Positions 63,833 to 64,000 of a stretch of 64,000 nucleotides of DNA are shown one piece after another. The translations under genes were made by a program, and so were the position numbers. The notes under the pieces are model-generated. The model made no database searches. It was not told the DNA's origin and saw only the letters and a program-made list of their open reading frames with translations. Position 1 is the stretch's first letter. Every line of letters starts with the position of its first letter. This stretch comes from Antedon mediterranea (taxonomy: Eukaryota > Animalia > Echinodermata), in the NCBI RefSeq assembly GCF_964355755.1, contig NC_092680.1, forward strand, positions 6,138,001-6,202,000, written 5' to 3'.

Positions 63833-64000
63833 TAAGCGCGATCACCAATCAAAGTAACCACCACAGGAGAGGTAAAAAGAACAGAAACAAGAGAAACTCT
63901 GTTTGTCCCCAGAGGCACTATACCGATCATGAGCGACTCAGTATAACAGGCCTCATGATACCCCCTCTTTTTAGTTTTACCTTCTCAATCATAAGACAAG

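Overview
AT-rich eukaryotic (animal) genomic DNA with spliceosomal GT-AG introns. It is probably from an invertebrate deuterostome such as an echinoderm (inference from a kisspeptin-type receptor, a Deu-domain-like SINE and TAGGCCTA-rich tracts). Four protein-coding genes can be reconstructed by hand with consistent intron phases: (1) a ZIP/SLC39A1-3-like zinc transporter with an uninterrupted CDS (minus, 499-1584); (2) a 6-exon THEM4-like thioesterase with two tandem, apparently catalytically intact hotdog domains (plus, 3566-7348, 398 aa); (3) a 20-exon TRPM channel with an invertebrate TRPM2-type pore but no C-terminal enzyme domain (plus, 12199-22723, 1234 aa); (4) a 3-exon KISS1R/GPR54-type GPCR (minus, 27559-35994, 350 aa). 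Between the convergent TRPM and GPCR genes lies a 2.5-kb higher-order tandem array made entirely of palindromes (16 copies of an ~82-nt hairpin). The last 28 kb has no recognisable genes but holds several nested mobile elements: a MITE inserted into its own inverted copy, a complete non-autonomous Helitron, and two inverted PIF/Harbinger-type elements 18 bp apart, one of which carries a truncated copy of the same Helitron. There are also tRNA-derived SINEs, LINE 3' fragments and minisatellites. There is no CRISPR array, rRNA or intact tRNA. All gene models and family names come from manual reading and remembered family motifs, not from database searches.
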